Part shown: positions 29,672-38,207 of the stretch, piece by piece
Layout: the number at the start of each line of letters is the position of its first letter
Position numbering within the stretch: the stretch's first letter is position 1
Assembly: GCA_020833415.1 (NCBI GenBank)
Contig: JAJHQJ010000002.1
Location: 3,840 to 67,839 of the forward strand
From: Desulfurococcaceae archaeon
GTDB lineage: Archaea; Thermoproteota; Thermoprotei_A; Sulfolobales; NBVN01
Reading direction: 5' to 3'
Length of the DNA: 64,000 nucleotides
Notes under the pieces: generated by a model
The model's database searches: none
The model's input: only the letters and a program-made list of their open reading frames with translations
Told to the model about the DNA's origin: nothing
Translations under genes and position numbers: made by a program

Positions 29672-30166
29672 ATGGTCAGAGTAGTAGTAGATACTATGCT
29701 GGGTAACTTAGCTAGGTGGTTAAGGGTTCTCGGAGTCGACACAGAGTATTCAAGGAGGTTTACCGATAGTGAGATACTGAGTAATGCTTTCCGCGAGGGT
29801 AGGGCGGTAGTTACCAAGGATCTGGGACTCCACAGGAGGGCTCTGAGACTGGGCTTAAGGTCTGTCTACATACCTCCGGATACTACTGACGTAGCTGAGA
29901 TGCTGGTAATAGTGGCTAGGGAGTTAGGTTTAAGCATAGAGTTTGATAAAGGAAACACCAGGTGCCCAATATGTAACACTAAGTTAAGCATAGTTAGTAA
30001 AGCTCAGGTATCTACGATAGTCCCACCAGAGGTTCTTAATAAGTATGATACGTTCTGGTACTGTCCTAAGTGCCATAAGGTGTACTGGCAGGGTAATCAC
30101 TGGAAGACGATCAGCTACATCATAGAGAAGGCTAGGAGTAAATTAAACAGGGTCAACACATCTTGA
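29672..30166 (+). CDS. Mut7-C (DUF82) PIN-like RNase domain protein with C-terminal zinc ribbon
   Basis: 164 aa; VVVDTMLGNLARWLRVLG...CPICN...CPKCHKVYWQGNHW. Confidence 0.7.
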   Translation: MVRVVVDTMLGNLARWLRVLGVDTEYSRRFTDSEILSNAFREGRAVVTKDLGLHRRALRLGLRSVYIPPDTTDVAEMLVIVARELGLSIEFDKGNTRCPICNTKLSIVSKAQVSTIVPPEVLNKYDTFWYCPKCHKVYWQGNHWKTISYIIEKARSKLNRVNTS

Positions 30167-30320
30167 CCTACTTACCGGCCGTGTTCAACTGTCGAAGGAG
30201 GGTGTTAGTTGAGAGTATACCATATATGACGGGGAGAGTTTAGTAGCTTGGTGTAGTGTACTGGGTCCCGTAGAGGTAGGTTCAGCATTCGTTTGGCCTC
30301 CGCCAGCAGGTAAGGTTAGG

Positions 30321-31124
30321 ATAGGCCTGGTTATCCCCTCATCAAACCTCTCCATATACCCAGATGCGAGACTCAAGACTAGGCTTGCTGGGGAGTTTGC
30401 TAGGGTCTCCTCAGTATTTAGAGTTTCGTCTCTTGCGATATTTAGGGACCCCGATGCAGAGGAGTTCGACCATAGACTTTTCGTTAAGGTAGTAAGGTAC
30501 ATGCTCTTACCACCTTACCTAAGGGTAAGGGTCTGGAGGTTAGACCCGGAGCTGAGGTATGCTGGACTGCTACCACCACTTAACATTTACCCACATAACC
30601 CAGAGGGAAGGGCCCCTGAGGTTGGTGATATCAGGTACGGGCTAGTACTGAACGAACACGGTGCTGTAGAGATGGGCTGGGTTAAACCCTGTAGGTTAGT
30701 CGAACCCCTAACTACTAAGGTAGGTTCAGTTGACCTCTTTGAAGTAGTATCCCTAGAACCCTTCCTATGCCGAAGAGTATCTAGAGCTTCTATTTACGTA
30801 GGTTACGAGGTCGTGGAGTTGGGTAATACTAGGGATCTAGTTAACTACTTAGGGGAGTTTCAGCTAGTAATTAACACCAGTAAGAGGGGGGTAGCACTAG
30901 CTAGCGTACTCTCCGACCCGAATAGCTCTAGGAAGCTAACTACGGCGGAGTCTATATGCCTGCTCTTCGGTAATCCGAAGAAGGATCTAGATGAAATCGT
31001 TGAGAGAGAGCTACGCGTGGACTTAACGGTAAACTTCATACCGTACCAGGGGGTACTCTCCATTAGGACTCTCGAAGCGGTGACGGCCTCTCTAGCAGTA
31101 CTTAACCTACTACTCGCAAACTAA
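30321..31124 (+). CDS. SPOUT-superfamily putative RNA methyltransferase (DUF171-like), start uncertain
   Basis: The track ORF begins at ATG 30501, but the frame is open from 30213 and encodes ...KVRIGLVIPSSNLSIYPDARLKTRLAGEFARVSSVFRVSSLAIFRD..., the conserved N-terminal part of the family. There is no ATG/GTG/TTG upstream. ATA 30321 and CTG 30261 are candidates. Confidence 0.7.
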   Translation: MGLVIPSSNLSIYPDARLKTRLAGEFARVSSVFRVSSLAIFRDPDAEEFDHRLFVKVVRYMLLPPYLRVRVWRLDPELRYAGLLPPLNIYPHNPEGRAPEVGDIRYGLVLNEHGAVEMGWVKPCRLVEPLTTKVGSVDLFEVVSLEPFLCRRVSRASIYVGYEVVELGNTRDLVNYLGEFQLVINTSKRGVALASVLSDPNSSRKLTTAESICLLFGNPKKDLDEIVERELRVDLTVNFIPYQGVLSIRTLEAVTASLAVLNLLLAN

Positions 31125-31192
31125 CACTCTTTCACAGTTTCCGTCTACTGTAGGAGGAAATCGGTTAAAGAGTTACTCACGTTTTCCGGCAC

Positions 31193-31446
31193 GGGGTTCA
31201 GCTCTCATATAAGTTCATGTAACTCGATGTCATCGCCTCATCTCCGTTCCCCCGCACCCCGCTCGGGGCCTCACCGGCTTGGGGGTGTTCAGGGCCACCC
31301 TAGGGACCCCGCATCTTGAGTGCTTGGAGCCACCCTCGGGGAGGGCCCTTACCTTCAGAGCCTCAACAACTACAGGTTCTCCATCCCTCACATGGTAGCT
31401 TACCGACGTCATAAAGTACCAAACCTTATAAACCTAGGTGAAAGTC
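31193..31446 (-). mobile_element. Internally deleted TnpB element, copy 2
   Basis: The minus strand reads AGGTTTATAAGGTTTGG...ATGACGTCGGTAAGCTACCATGTGAGGGATGGAGAACCTGTAGTTGTTGAGGCTCTGAAGGTAAGGGCCCTCCCCGAGGGTGGC | ...CTCAAGATGCGGGGTCCCTAGGGTGGCCC...GAGAGCTGAACCCC, i.e. the 5-prime and 3-prime ends of the tnpB element. Confidence 0.85.
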
Positions 31447-31474
31447 AGAGAAGCAGCTACAGGCTAGTTGCACA

Positions 31475-31719
31475 GCTGACCCCTTCCCCGCTCTGAAGGG
31501 CAGGGGTTGCCCGCATCTATTCGGGTCTACATCTGCGGGGCAGTTGGGGTGATCAGAGGTTCCTCCATTACATTTTCGTTACGTAGTTGCCTATTCTGCA
31601 TCCCCGTGGAGGGCTTAGGGGTAACCACATCCACGTAACCCCATCATCAAAACCATAGAATAGAGAAAGATTATAAGCCTTCCCCCATATTCCCGCCTTA
31701 AAAGGCTAGGCTTTCAGTT
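31475..31719 (-). repeat. Long form (about 245 bp) of the hairpin-repeat family, copy 2
   Basis: Bounded by GCTGACCCCTTCCCCGCTCTGAAGGGCAGGGG at one end and CCGCCTTAAAAGGCTAGGCTTTCAGTT|GCAA at the other. Internal blocks are shared with 44200-44446. Overlaps the moaE stop. Confidence 0.8.
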
Positions 31720-32407
31720 GCAATCTAGTACCATCACCAAGTACCCAGAATACGCCGTCATCTCTAAGCTCCTTCTTCCATATGGCTGACTCGTGTTTAA
31801 CTCTCTCAACGATTTCCCTAAGGGCCTCCACTACCTCCCTCCTCCCACGGCCCACTACTCCTGCTGCGAATACCACAGTACCTGGTTTGAACTCCCCTAC
31901 ACTATGGTATATTAAGACCGCCTTTAGTTTAGCCTTAGATTCCACCTCCTTTGCTATTCTATTTAGAGCCTCCTCTGTAAACCTCTCGTGGTACTCGTAG
32001 ACGAGCTTCTCAACTCTCCCCCCATCTACATACTCCTTAACCACTCCGAAGTAAGTTGCTACAGCCCCGCTCTCGCTATCTACGTAGCTTAGAAGCTCCC
32101 TCAGGAAGTCGTCAACAGGTACCTGCTCACCTAGGACAAGCTTAGCCCGGGATACTCCCCCTGCCGAGGGGGGTACTATGTCTACCCTAGGATCCTCGCA
32201 TACGTTCAGAATAGCCTCTCTACTACCTACCAACCTCCCTCTATGGATTAGCAGGACGTAGCCTAGCCTGGTGAGCTCGCTTAGTCTACCCCTTCTCTCT
32301 AGGACCTCGAGGATATCAGAGGAAGTGATCTCACATCCATCTACATCGACCTCCTCGTACTCTATCCCCGCAAGTTCCTTCAGTAAGGCGTAGTACTTTA
32401 GCCTAAT
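31706..32407 (-). CDS. moaE: MoaD-MoaE fusion (molybdopterin synthase small and large subunit domains), start uncertain
   Basis: Track ORF 31706..32233 is MoaE-like (...ERVKHESAIWKKE...). Upstream in the same frame I read IRLKYYALLKELAGIEYEEVDVDG...LLIHRGRLVGSREAILNVCEDPRVDIVPPSAGG, a MoaD/ThiS-like domain ending in GG. The only candidate start there is ATT at 32405-32407. Confidence 0.75.
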   Translation of the reverse strand: MRLKYYALLKELAGIEYEEVDVDGCEITSSDILEVLERRGRLSELTRLGYVLLIHRGRLVGSREAILNVCEDPRVDIVPPSAGGVSRAKLVLGEQVPVDDFLRELLSYVDSESGAVATYFGVVKEYVDGGRVEKLVYEYHERFTEEALNRIAKEVESKAKLKAVLIYHSVGEFKPGTVVFAAGVVGRGRREVVEALREIVERVKHESAIWKKELRDDGVFWVLGDGTRLQLKA

Positions 32408-32549
32408 CCTAGGCGTAAACCCACCCCCAGAATGTGTTGTAGAGGGTGTTTTAACGGCTTAGACACCGGGCTGTATCGAGGTAGTTGGGCAGGGTTCCGA
32501 GGTTGCTAGATATTAACCTCCTGGACGTACTACATGTACTGGTACTGAC

Positions 32550-33359
32550 ATGCGTGTTAGGAGTCTTCTTACGAGTAGGTACCCTACGGTTTCACGTAAT
32601 GACCTACTAACCCACGCAAGGTCCCTAATGAGGGACCTCGGGCTGAGGGTCCTTCCAGTAGTTGAGGAGGGGAGGCTTCTCGGGATTCTAACCCGTGAGA
32701 GTGCCTTAGCTATTACCTCCACGAGGTCTAACACGTTGGTACGTGATGTTATGGAGACTCCCAGACTCGTTTTCAGTTCGGAGGAAGACCTCTGGACTGC
32801 TTTGAGAGTTATGTTGGAGTTCGACGAGTGGTACGTACCTGTTACATCAGTCAGTGCTGGTAACAGGTATGAGGGCGTACTTGAGATAGACGCGTTCCTT
32901 AGGAGTGCCCTAGCAGAGTTCTCCGAGTCTAGAAGCCTAGGGCTCGTGAGGAACTTCATGTCTAGGAACGTGGAGTACGTAACTCCCGACGAGACCATAG
33001 TCAGGCTCTGGCGGAGGATGTTGAAGACTAGGTACGCAGGCTTTCCAGTAGTACGTAGTACTAGGGATATGGAGGTAGTTGGTATCATAACGCAGCATGA
33101 CTTACTGAAGAAGGGTTATACTAGGATTGAGTTGGAGTCTGAGGCAGGACCTAGGAAGTCCGTCAAGGTTAGGGAAGCTATGACTACCCCAGCAATAACT
33201 GTGGAGGAGGACTCCGACCTGTACCAGGTCGCGGAGATCATGGTTAGGAACAACATCGGTAGGGTACCTGTAGTAGATGACGGGAGGAGTCTCGTAGGTA
33301 TAGTGGACAGAAGTGATGTCTGTAGAGCCTACGCACTAGCTAGAGGTGTTAAGCTATGA
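32550..33359 (+). CDS. CBS-domain protein (1 of 3 in tandem)
   Basis: 269 aa; repeated CBS-pair patterns (...GRLLGILTRESAL..., ...VVGIITQHDLLK..., ...LVGIVDRSDV...). Confidence 0.8.
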   Translation: MRVRSLLTSRYPTVSRNDLLTHARSLMRDLGLRVLPVVEEGRLLGILTRESALAITSTRSNTLVRDVMETPRLVFSSEEDLWTALRVMLEFDEWYVPVTSVSAGNRYEGVLEIDAFLRSALAEFSESRSLGLVRNFMSRNVEYVTPDETIVRLWRRMLKTRYAGFPVVRSTRDMEVVGIITQHDLLKKGYTRIELESEAGPRKSVKVREAMTTPAITVEEDSDLYQVAEIMVRNNIGRVPVVDDGRSLVGIVDRSDVCRAYALARGVKL

Positions 33360-34282
33360 AGTTACCTAACCCACGTAGGATGTACGAGAGAGCTAGGTGG
33401 CTCAGGAGTGACGGTAAGCCAAACTTCACCTCAGTAGTACGTAGTAGGCAGTCGGAGTTAAGGATCCTGGTGGACAGTAACGTACCAGTAGTATCGCCTC
33501 AAACACCGCTACTTAACTGCATTGAAGAGATGTGCAGACGTAGGTTTAGGGCGGTACTAGTAGCTAAGTCCAACCTACTTAGCGGTATCATAACGTTCCA
33601 CGATATAGCTGACTACCTAGGTGGTGGGTATAGGTATAGGGTAGCTCTTGATAGGTACGGAGCTAACCTGTTCAGAGTTCTTTCAATAGCCTCCCAAGAG
33701 CTGATGAATAGGGATTTAACTTACGTTACTCTCGATACTCCACTAGAAAGAGTTCTAGAACTCATGGTTATCGGTGGCTTCGGTCTGATCCCGGTAACGG
33801 ATGAGACTGGAAGACCTCTTGGGGCCGTTACTGAGGGTGGTATAGTTAGAGCATTTTCGTGGAGGGTTGGTAGGAAACCTGTAGAGAACTTTATGACTAG
33901 GAACGTAGTAGTATCGGAAGCTGGGGGGAGGCTAGGTGACGTACTGAGACTAATGGTTTCAACGGGAGTGAGGAGGATCCCTCTCGTAGGTAGGGACGGG
34001 AGTATTCAGGGGGTTGTAAGCTGGCGTAGTGTAGTCGATTACATAGGTTCCCACAGGGTATTCGAAAACCTCAGGGAGGGTCTCATTACGGAGTTCCTAG
34101 AGCTTAGGTCAGCGGAGGTTGCTGATAGGGATATCGTAGTAGTAGAGCCCGAGACCCCACTAGAGCGGTTGATCCGAGTACTGCTAGAGAGAGGCTTGGA
34201 CTACGCCCTGATAGCTAAAGGAGGGGAGCTCGTCGGTATAATCACGGAGAGGGATATTATGTACGCAGTTATAGGGGCTTGA
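33356..34282 (+). CDS. CBS-domain protein (2 of 3)
   Basis: 308 aa; CBS patterns; 4-nt start/stop overlap with the previous gene. Confidence 0.8.
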   Translation: MKLPNPRRMYERARWLRSDGKPNFTSVVRSRQSELRILVDSNVPVVSPQTPLLNCIEEMCRRRFRAVLVAKSNLLSGIITFHDIADYLGGGYRYRVALDRYGANLFRVLSIASQELMNRDLTYVTLDTPLERVLELMVIGGFGLIPVTDETGRPLGAVTEGGIVRAFSWRVGRKPVENFMTRNVVVSEAGGRLGDVLRLMVSTGVRRIPLVGRDGSIQGVVSWRSVVDYIGSHRVFENLREGLITEFLELRSAEVADRDIVVVEPETPLERLIRVLLERGLDYALIAKGGELVGIITERDIMYAVIGA

Positions 34283-35151
34283 GGTGCTGTGCTGTGAGAG
34301 TTAAGGTCGAGCACTACATGAGCTACCCGGTGGTAACGGCCTCTCCAGGTGACAGTCTAGCTAGGGTAAGGAACCTCATGCTAAGGTACAGGGTTGGGCA
34401 CATAGTCGTAGCTGAGGAGGAGAAGCCCCGGGGTATTATAAGCGAGAGGGACTTCGCTAAGCTACTCTACAATAGGAAGTGGCTGGCTAAGCCTCTAACC
34501 GATATACTAGCCCAGGACATAATGTCTAAGCCGGTTTACGCCACCCTACCTACTAGAAGAGTAGTACACGTAGCTAAGAAGATGCTTGAGAAGAGAGTAG
34601 GGTCTATGGTGGTGGTTAGGGATAGTGCTTCAATGAAGATCGCCGGCATAATTACGAAGACAGACCTAGCGAGAGCCTACGCGGAGAACTTCGAGGGGGT
34701 CTTCAAAGCTGGGAGTTACTGTGATAAGGATGTACTCCTAGCCAACCCAGCTCACTCGATATACTACGTCATTGAGGGGGTTATCGAGGGTAAGCCCATA
34801 GTCGTTGTAGATAGTGGAAAGGTAGTCGGTATAGTAAGTAGGAAGACCGTAGCCTTCTTCAGCGTACCGGTGCAGACTATTAGAAAGCCACTCAAGCTGC
34901 GCGGAGTCTCACCAAGGGGTATAGAGACCTCCGTTAAGGTGTACCCAGTAGTGATGGTATCCGAGATCATGGATACTGGCATAGTAGCCGTAGAACCTAA
35001 CGAGGACCTAGCTTCAGTAGCTCACATAATAGTACGTAGTAACCTCGATACCGTACCCGTAGTAGATGAGAGAGATAACTTCCTGGGAGTCATAACTAAG
35101 ACTACTATAGCTAGAGCTCTCGTAGATGCCGGGTCTAGGAGGTCCAGGTAG
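34279..35151 (+). CDS. CBS-domain protein (3 of 3)
   Basis: 290 aa; CBS patterns; 4-nt overlap with the previous gene. Confidence 0.8.
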   Translation: MRCCAVRVKVEHYMSYPVVTASPGDSLARVRNLMLRYRVGHIVVAEEEKPRGIISERDFAKLLYNRKWLAKPLTDILAQDIMSKPVYATLPTRRVVHVAKKMLEKRVGSMVVVRDSASMKIAGIITKTDLARAYAENFEGVFKAGSYCDKDVLLANPAHSIYYVIEGVIEGKPIVVVDSGKVVGIVSRKTVAFFSVPVQTIRKPLKLRGVSPRGIETSVKVYPVVMVSEIMDTGIVAVEPNEDLASVAHIIVRSNLDTVPVVDERDNFLGVITKTTIARALVDAGSRRSR

Positions 35152-35180
35152 TGCACTACCTAGGTAGCCTAGGTATGTGC
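35152..35180. terminator. Imperfect 13-bp palindrome directly after the CBS operon stop
   Basis: GTGCACTACCTAGG-TAG-CCTAGGTATGTGCA. Function unproven. Confidence 0.25.
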
Positions 35181-35254
35181 ATCAAAGGATCCTAAACCCC
35201 CCTCAAAGCTCCATAGCTGGGTACAAAAGCTTTGAAAACTACCGAATCTAGGGC

Positions 35255-36331
35255 ATGAAGCCAGACCTAAGTAAGCCGTGGGTCCGTGAGGCCCGCTTCT
35301 GGGTAAGCCTTGGGAATGGTAAGGTTAGGTGTAATCTATGCTACAAGAGGTGTCCCATAGCTCCAGGGGGCTATGGTGCGTGTGGAGTTAGGTATAACCA
35401 CGAGGGGAAGCTGTATACTCTGGTCTACGGACTGCTTACAGCAGCTAACGTAGACCCCATAGAGAAGAAGCCGTTAATGCACTTCCACCCGGGTTCGTCC
35501 GTACTCTCGATCTCAACAGCCGGCTGTAACTTTATGTGCTCCTTCTGCCAGAACTGGACCCTATCCCAGTCTAGACGTGACGAGATCTTTGGGGAGTACG
35601 TAGAGCCGGAGGAGGTAGTTAGACTCGCTAGGAGGTGGGGTTCCGATGGGATTAGCTACACGTACAACGAGCCAACCGTATTCTACGAGTACATGTACGA
35701 TGTGGCTAAGTTAGCTAAGTCGGAGGGGTTATTCAACACCGTAGTAACCAATGGCTATATAACTGAGGAGGCCCTTGACGAACTCTCCAAGTACTTAGAC
35801 GCAGCAACGGTCGACTTTAAGGGGGGTGGTAACAAGAGCTTCTACGTAAAGTTCATGGGCGTCCCCGACCCTGAACCCATATTCGAAACCCTTCTGGAGA
35901 TGAGGAGGAGGGGGGTGTTTATAGAGGTAACAAACCTCGTAGTGCCGAGGTACGGGGACGGTGTAGATGATGTAAGGAGGTTAGCTAGGTGGATAGTGGA
36001 GAATCTAGGTGATGAGACACCGTTCCACCTACTAAGGTTCTACCCTCACTACAAGTTAAGCTACCTACCTCCAACCGATATAGCTACCCTGGAGAAGCTA
36101 GCTAAGGTAGCCCAGTCTGAGGGCTTGAGGCACGTATACCTAGGTAACATACCTGGTCATAAGTTAGAGCACACCTACTGTCCTAGATGCGGTTACCTAG
36201 TTATAAGGAGGTACGGATTCTACATAATTGAGTGGAACCTGACCAAGGGGAATACGTGTCCCAAATGCGGCTACAAGCTCAACATTGTTGGGGAGTTCAA
36301 GGGCCGTTCTGGTATAAGGATATGGATGTAG
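35255..36331 (+). CDS. AmmeMemoRadiSam-type radical SAM enzyme
   Basis: 358 aa; N-terminal Cys cluster CNLCYKRCPIAPGGYGACGVR, DPIEKKPLMHFHPGS, radical SAM CNFMCSFCQNW. Confidence 0.8.
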   Translation: MKPDLSKPWVREARFWVSLGNGKVRCNLCYKRCPIAPGGYGACGVRYNHEGKLYTLVYGLLTAANVDPIEKKPLMHFHPGSSVLSISTAGCNFMCSFCQNWTLSQSRRDEIFGEYVEPEEVVRLARRWGSDGISYTYNEPTVFYEYMYDVAKLAKSEGLFNTVVTNGYITEEALDELSKYLDAATVDFKGGGNKSFYVKFMGVPDPEPIFETLLEMRRRGVFIEVTNLVVPRYGDGVDDVRRLARWIVENLGDETPFHLLRFYPHYKLSYLPPTDIATLEKLAKVAQSEGLRHVYLGNIPGHKLEHTYCPRCGYLVIRRYGFYIIEWNLTKGNTCPKCGYKLNIVGEFKGRSGIRIWM

Positions 36332-36332
36332 A

Positions 36333-36797
36333 CTACGGCCTAGAAGTTCTTTCCAGTACCGAGGTCCAGCTCTCGGAGGAGTCCTCGCACTGGGGGTCGA
36401 ATACTACCCTAGCTTCGTAGATAGCCCTCTCCCGGCTATCAGCTGCGTGGACCACGTTCTCAAGTATCGAGATAGAGTAATCCCCCCTTATAGTTCCAGG
36501 AGGTGCCCTCCTACCGTCTGTAGGGCCTATCAGGTTCCTCACGACCTCGACAGCCCCATCCCCCTCTACCAGTACGGCAACTACCGGACCGGAGGTCATG
36601 AAGTCTATGAGGCCCTGGTAGAAGCTCTTACCTCTATGAATATCGTAGAGAGCCTCAGCACAATCTCTCTTAAGCTTTAGCATCTTAAGTGCAACGATCC
36701 TCAGCCCCTTCATCTCCACCCTTCTAAGGACCTCGCCAATTAACCCCCTCCTAACTCCATCTGGTTTTATTAGGAGGAGTTCAAGCTCAGTAGGCAT
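36333..36797 (-). CDS. ndk: Nucleoside diphosphate kinase
   Basis: Track ORF 36333..36827. ATG at 36795-36797 ([15 protein letters not shown]...) preferred. ...NVVHAADS.... Confidence 0.9.
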   Translation of the reverse strand: MPTELELLLIKPDGVRRGLIGEVLRRVEMKGLRIVALKMLKLKRDCAEALYDIHRGKSFYQGLIDFMTSGPVVAVLVEGDGAVEVVRNLIGPTDGRRAPPGTIRGDYSISILENVVHAADSRERAIYEARVVFDPQCEDSSESWTSVLERTSRP

Positions 36798-36801
36798 AGC
36801 A

Positions 36802-36990
36802 CTACTTCCTCTTAACGTAGAAGGCACTCCACGGAACCTTCTTGGGGTCTCTACCTAACTTGAAGCTCTTAAAGCACTTACTGGAACAGAAGTGGAGGAT
36901 AGTACCATCCCTAAGTACGTAGGTAAGTCCTGACCCGGGCTCTATTCTACCTCCGCAAAAGCTACAGCTATATACCTTAGGCACCTCCAC
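36802..36990 (-). CDS. rpl24e: 50S ribosomal protein eL24
   Basis: 62 aa; [13 protein letters not shown]...HFCSSKC. Confidence 0.9.
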   Translation of the reverse strand: MEVPKVYSCSFCGGRIEPGSGLTYVLRDGTILHFCSSKCFKSFKLGRDPKKVPWSAFYVKRK

Positions 36991-37058
36991 CTCCCCCCTA
37001 TTGGGGAGGTGGGGCTTTAAAGCTTTAAAGCGGGGACTTGTGGAATACCGAGGTGTGT

Positions 37059-37322
37059 ATGGAAGTGGGTGAGGTTAGAAAGGTAGACCTAACCCAGCCT
37101 GAAGTGAATGTAGTTGAGGAGTTTGGCTTTCCTGCCGAGGTACTACAGATAGTAGGTAGGACAGGTGTTACTGGTGAGATAACCCAGGTAAGGGTAAGGG
37201 TTTTAGACGGGAGGGATAGGGGTAGGGTCATAACCCGAAACGTTAAGGGTCCTGTTAGGGTTGGGGATATAGTAATACTTAGGGAGACCGAGAGGGAGGC
37301 TAGGAAGTTAACTGCTAGGTAG
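37059..37322 (+). CDS. rps28e: 30S ribosomal protein eS28
   Basis: Track ORF 37038..37322; ...[57 protein letters not shown].... Confidence 0.9.
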   Translation: MEVGEVRKVDLTQPEVNVVEEFGFPAEVLQIVGRTGVTGEITQVRVRVLDGRDRGRVITRNVKGPVRVGDIVILRETEREARKLTAR

Positions 37323-37342
37323 GAGTAGCGGAAGGCTGGAAC

Positions 37343-37885
37343 ATGTTTATAGACGTACGTGGGGTCAGGCTTCCTAGGGACCTCAGATACTTCTGGATAC
37401 CTCAGGTACTGATAAGACCTGCGTGCCGCAGTAACTTAGTCCTAGTAGACTGCTACTTCTCTAAACACCTAGGTAAGCGCTCACTAACGCTACTACTCTC
37501 CAGGAGATTGAGGAAGGTACCGAACCTAGTTACAGCTGCACCTGTGGAGTCACCGGTACTCTACTCAGACGGTTGCAACGTACTCCACTATGTTGAGACT
37601 ATCACATATCTAGGCGATAGAATAGAGTGCGGTGATATCTCCGACATGCTCCTCAGACCCCATGACGCGAGATCCGGGAGGTTAATACTGGAGCTATCTA
37701 AGACCATGCTTAAGCTACTGTGCTATCCGGAACCCCCTCTGGAGTTTAATCAGGTCTACGTCCTGATCGCACTAGATGTAAAAAGAAAGCAGTCCTACTA
37801 CATCATAGGCAATAGACTAATAAGGTCGGCAGTCCTAGAGGAGGTAATCTACGGTAATCTCGGAGGTATTAAGCTTTTCGAGTAG
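37343..37885 (+). CDS. Hypothetical protein
   Basis: 180-aa ORF; no family recognised. Confidence 0.45.
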   Translation: MFIDVRGVRLPRDLRYFWIPQVLIRPACRSNLVLVDCYFSKHLGKRSLTLLLSRRLRKVPNLVTAAPVESPVLYSDGCNVLHYVETITYLGDRIECGDISDMLLRPHDARSGRLILELSKTMLKLLCYPEPPLEFNQVYVLIALDVKRKQSYYIIGNRLIRSAVLEEVIYGNLGGIKLFE

Positions 37886-37974
37886 CTAACCTCTCCGTGC
37901 TCCCGAAGCATAGCTACTAGTAGAAATAGCAGCTAAATAGTGTTTAAAGAGGACAGCTGTAGTATGGAGCCTTT

Positions 37975-38140
37975 CGTAGCTGTTTCTAGTTTCATATAGG
38001 TTCATGTGGTTTGATGCTACTCCTCCGCTATTATCACTACGTGTACTCTCTTGCCGTACAGTGGTTTTACCTCGGGTTGGTACTTCGCTAGCAGGTATAG
38101 GACTACTGTCCCACCCCTGAACTTTATTACGGAGCACTCG
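37975..38140 (-). mobile_element. Remnant of a TnpB-element right end
   Basis: The minus strand reads ...GTAGCATCAAACCACATGAACCTATATGAAACTAGAAAC, resembling ...ACATCAAGCTATATGAACCTATATGAGAGCTGAAC of the intact element. The track ORF 37886..38137 lies in it. Confidence 0.45.
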
Positions 38141-38207
38141 GCATATGCGAATCTAGCCACGCTATCATAGAAACACTTTAAGTACTTCTAGTTACATAGG
38201 TATGTAG

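Noticed and set aside
30185-30502. 105-aa minus-strand ORF.
   Set aside because: It is antisense to the conserved N-terminal part of the SPOUT methyltransferase frame (RIGLVIPSS...), so it is a shadow ORF.
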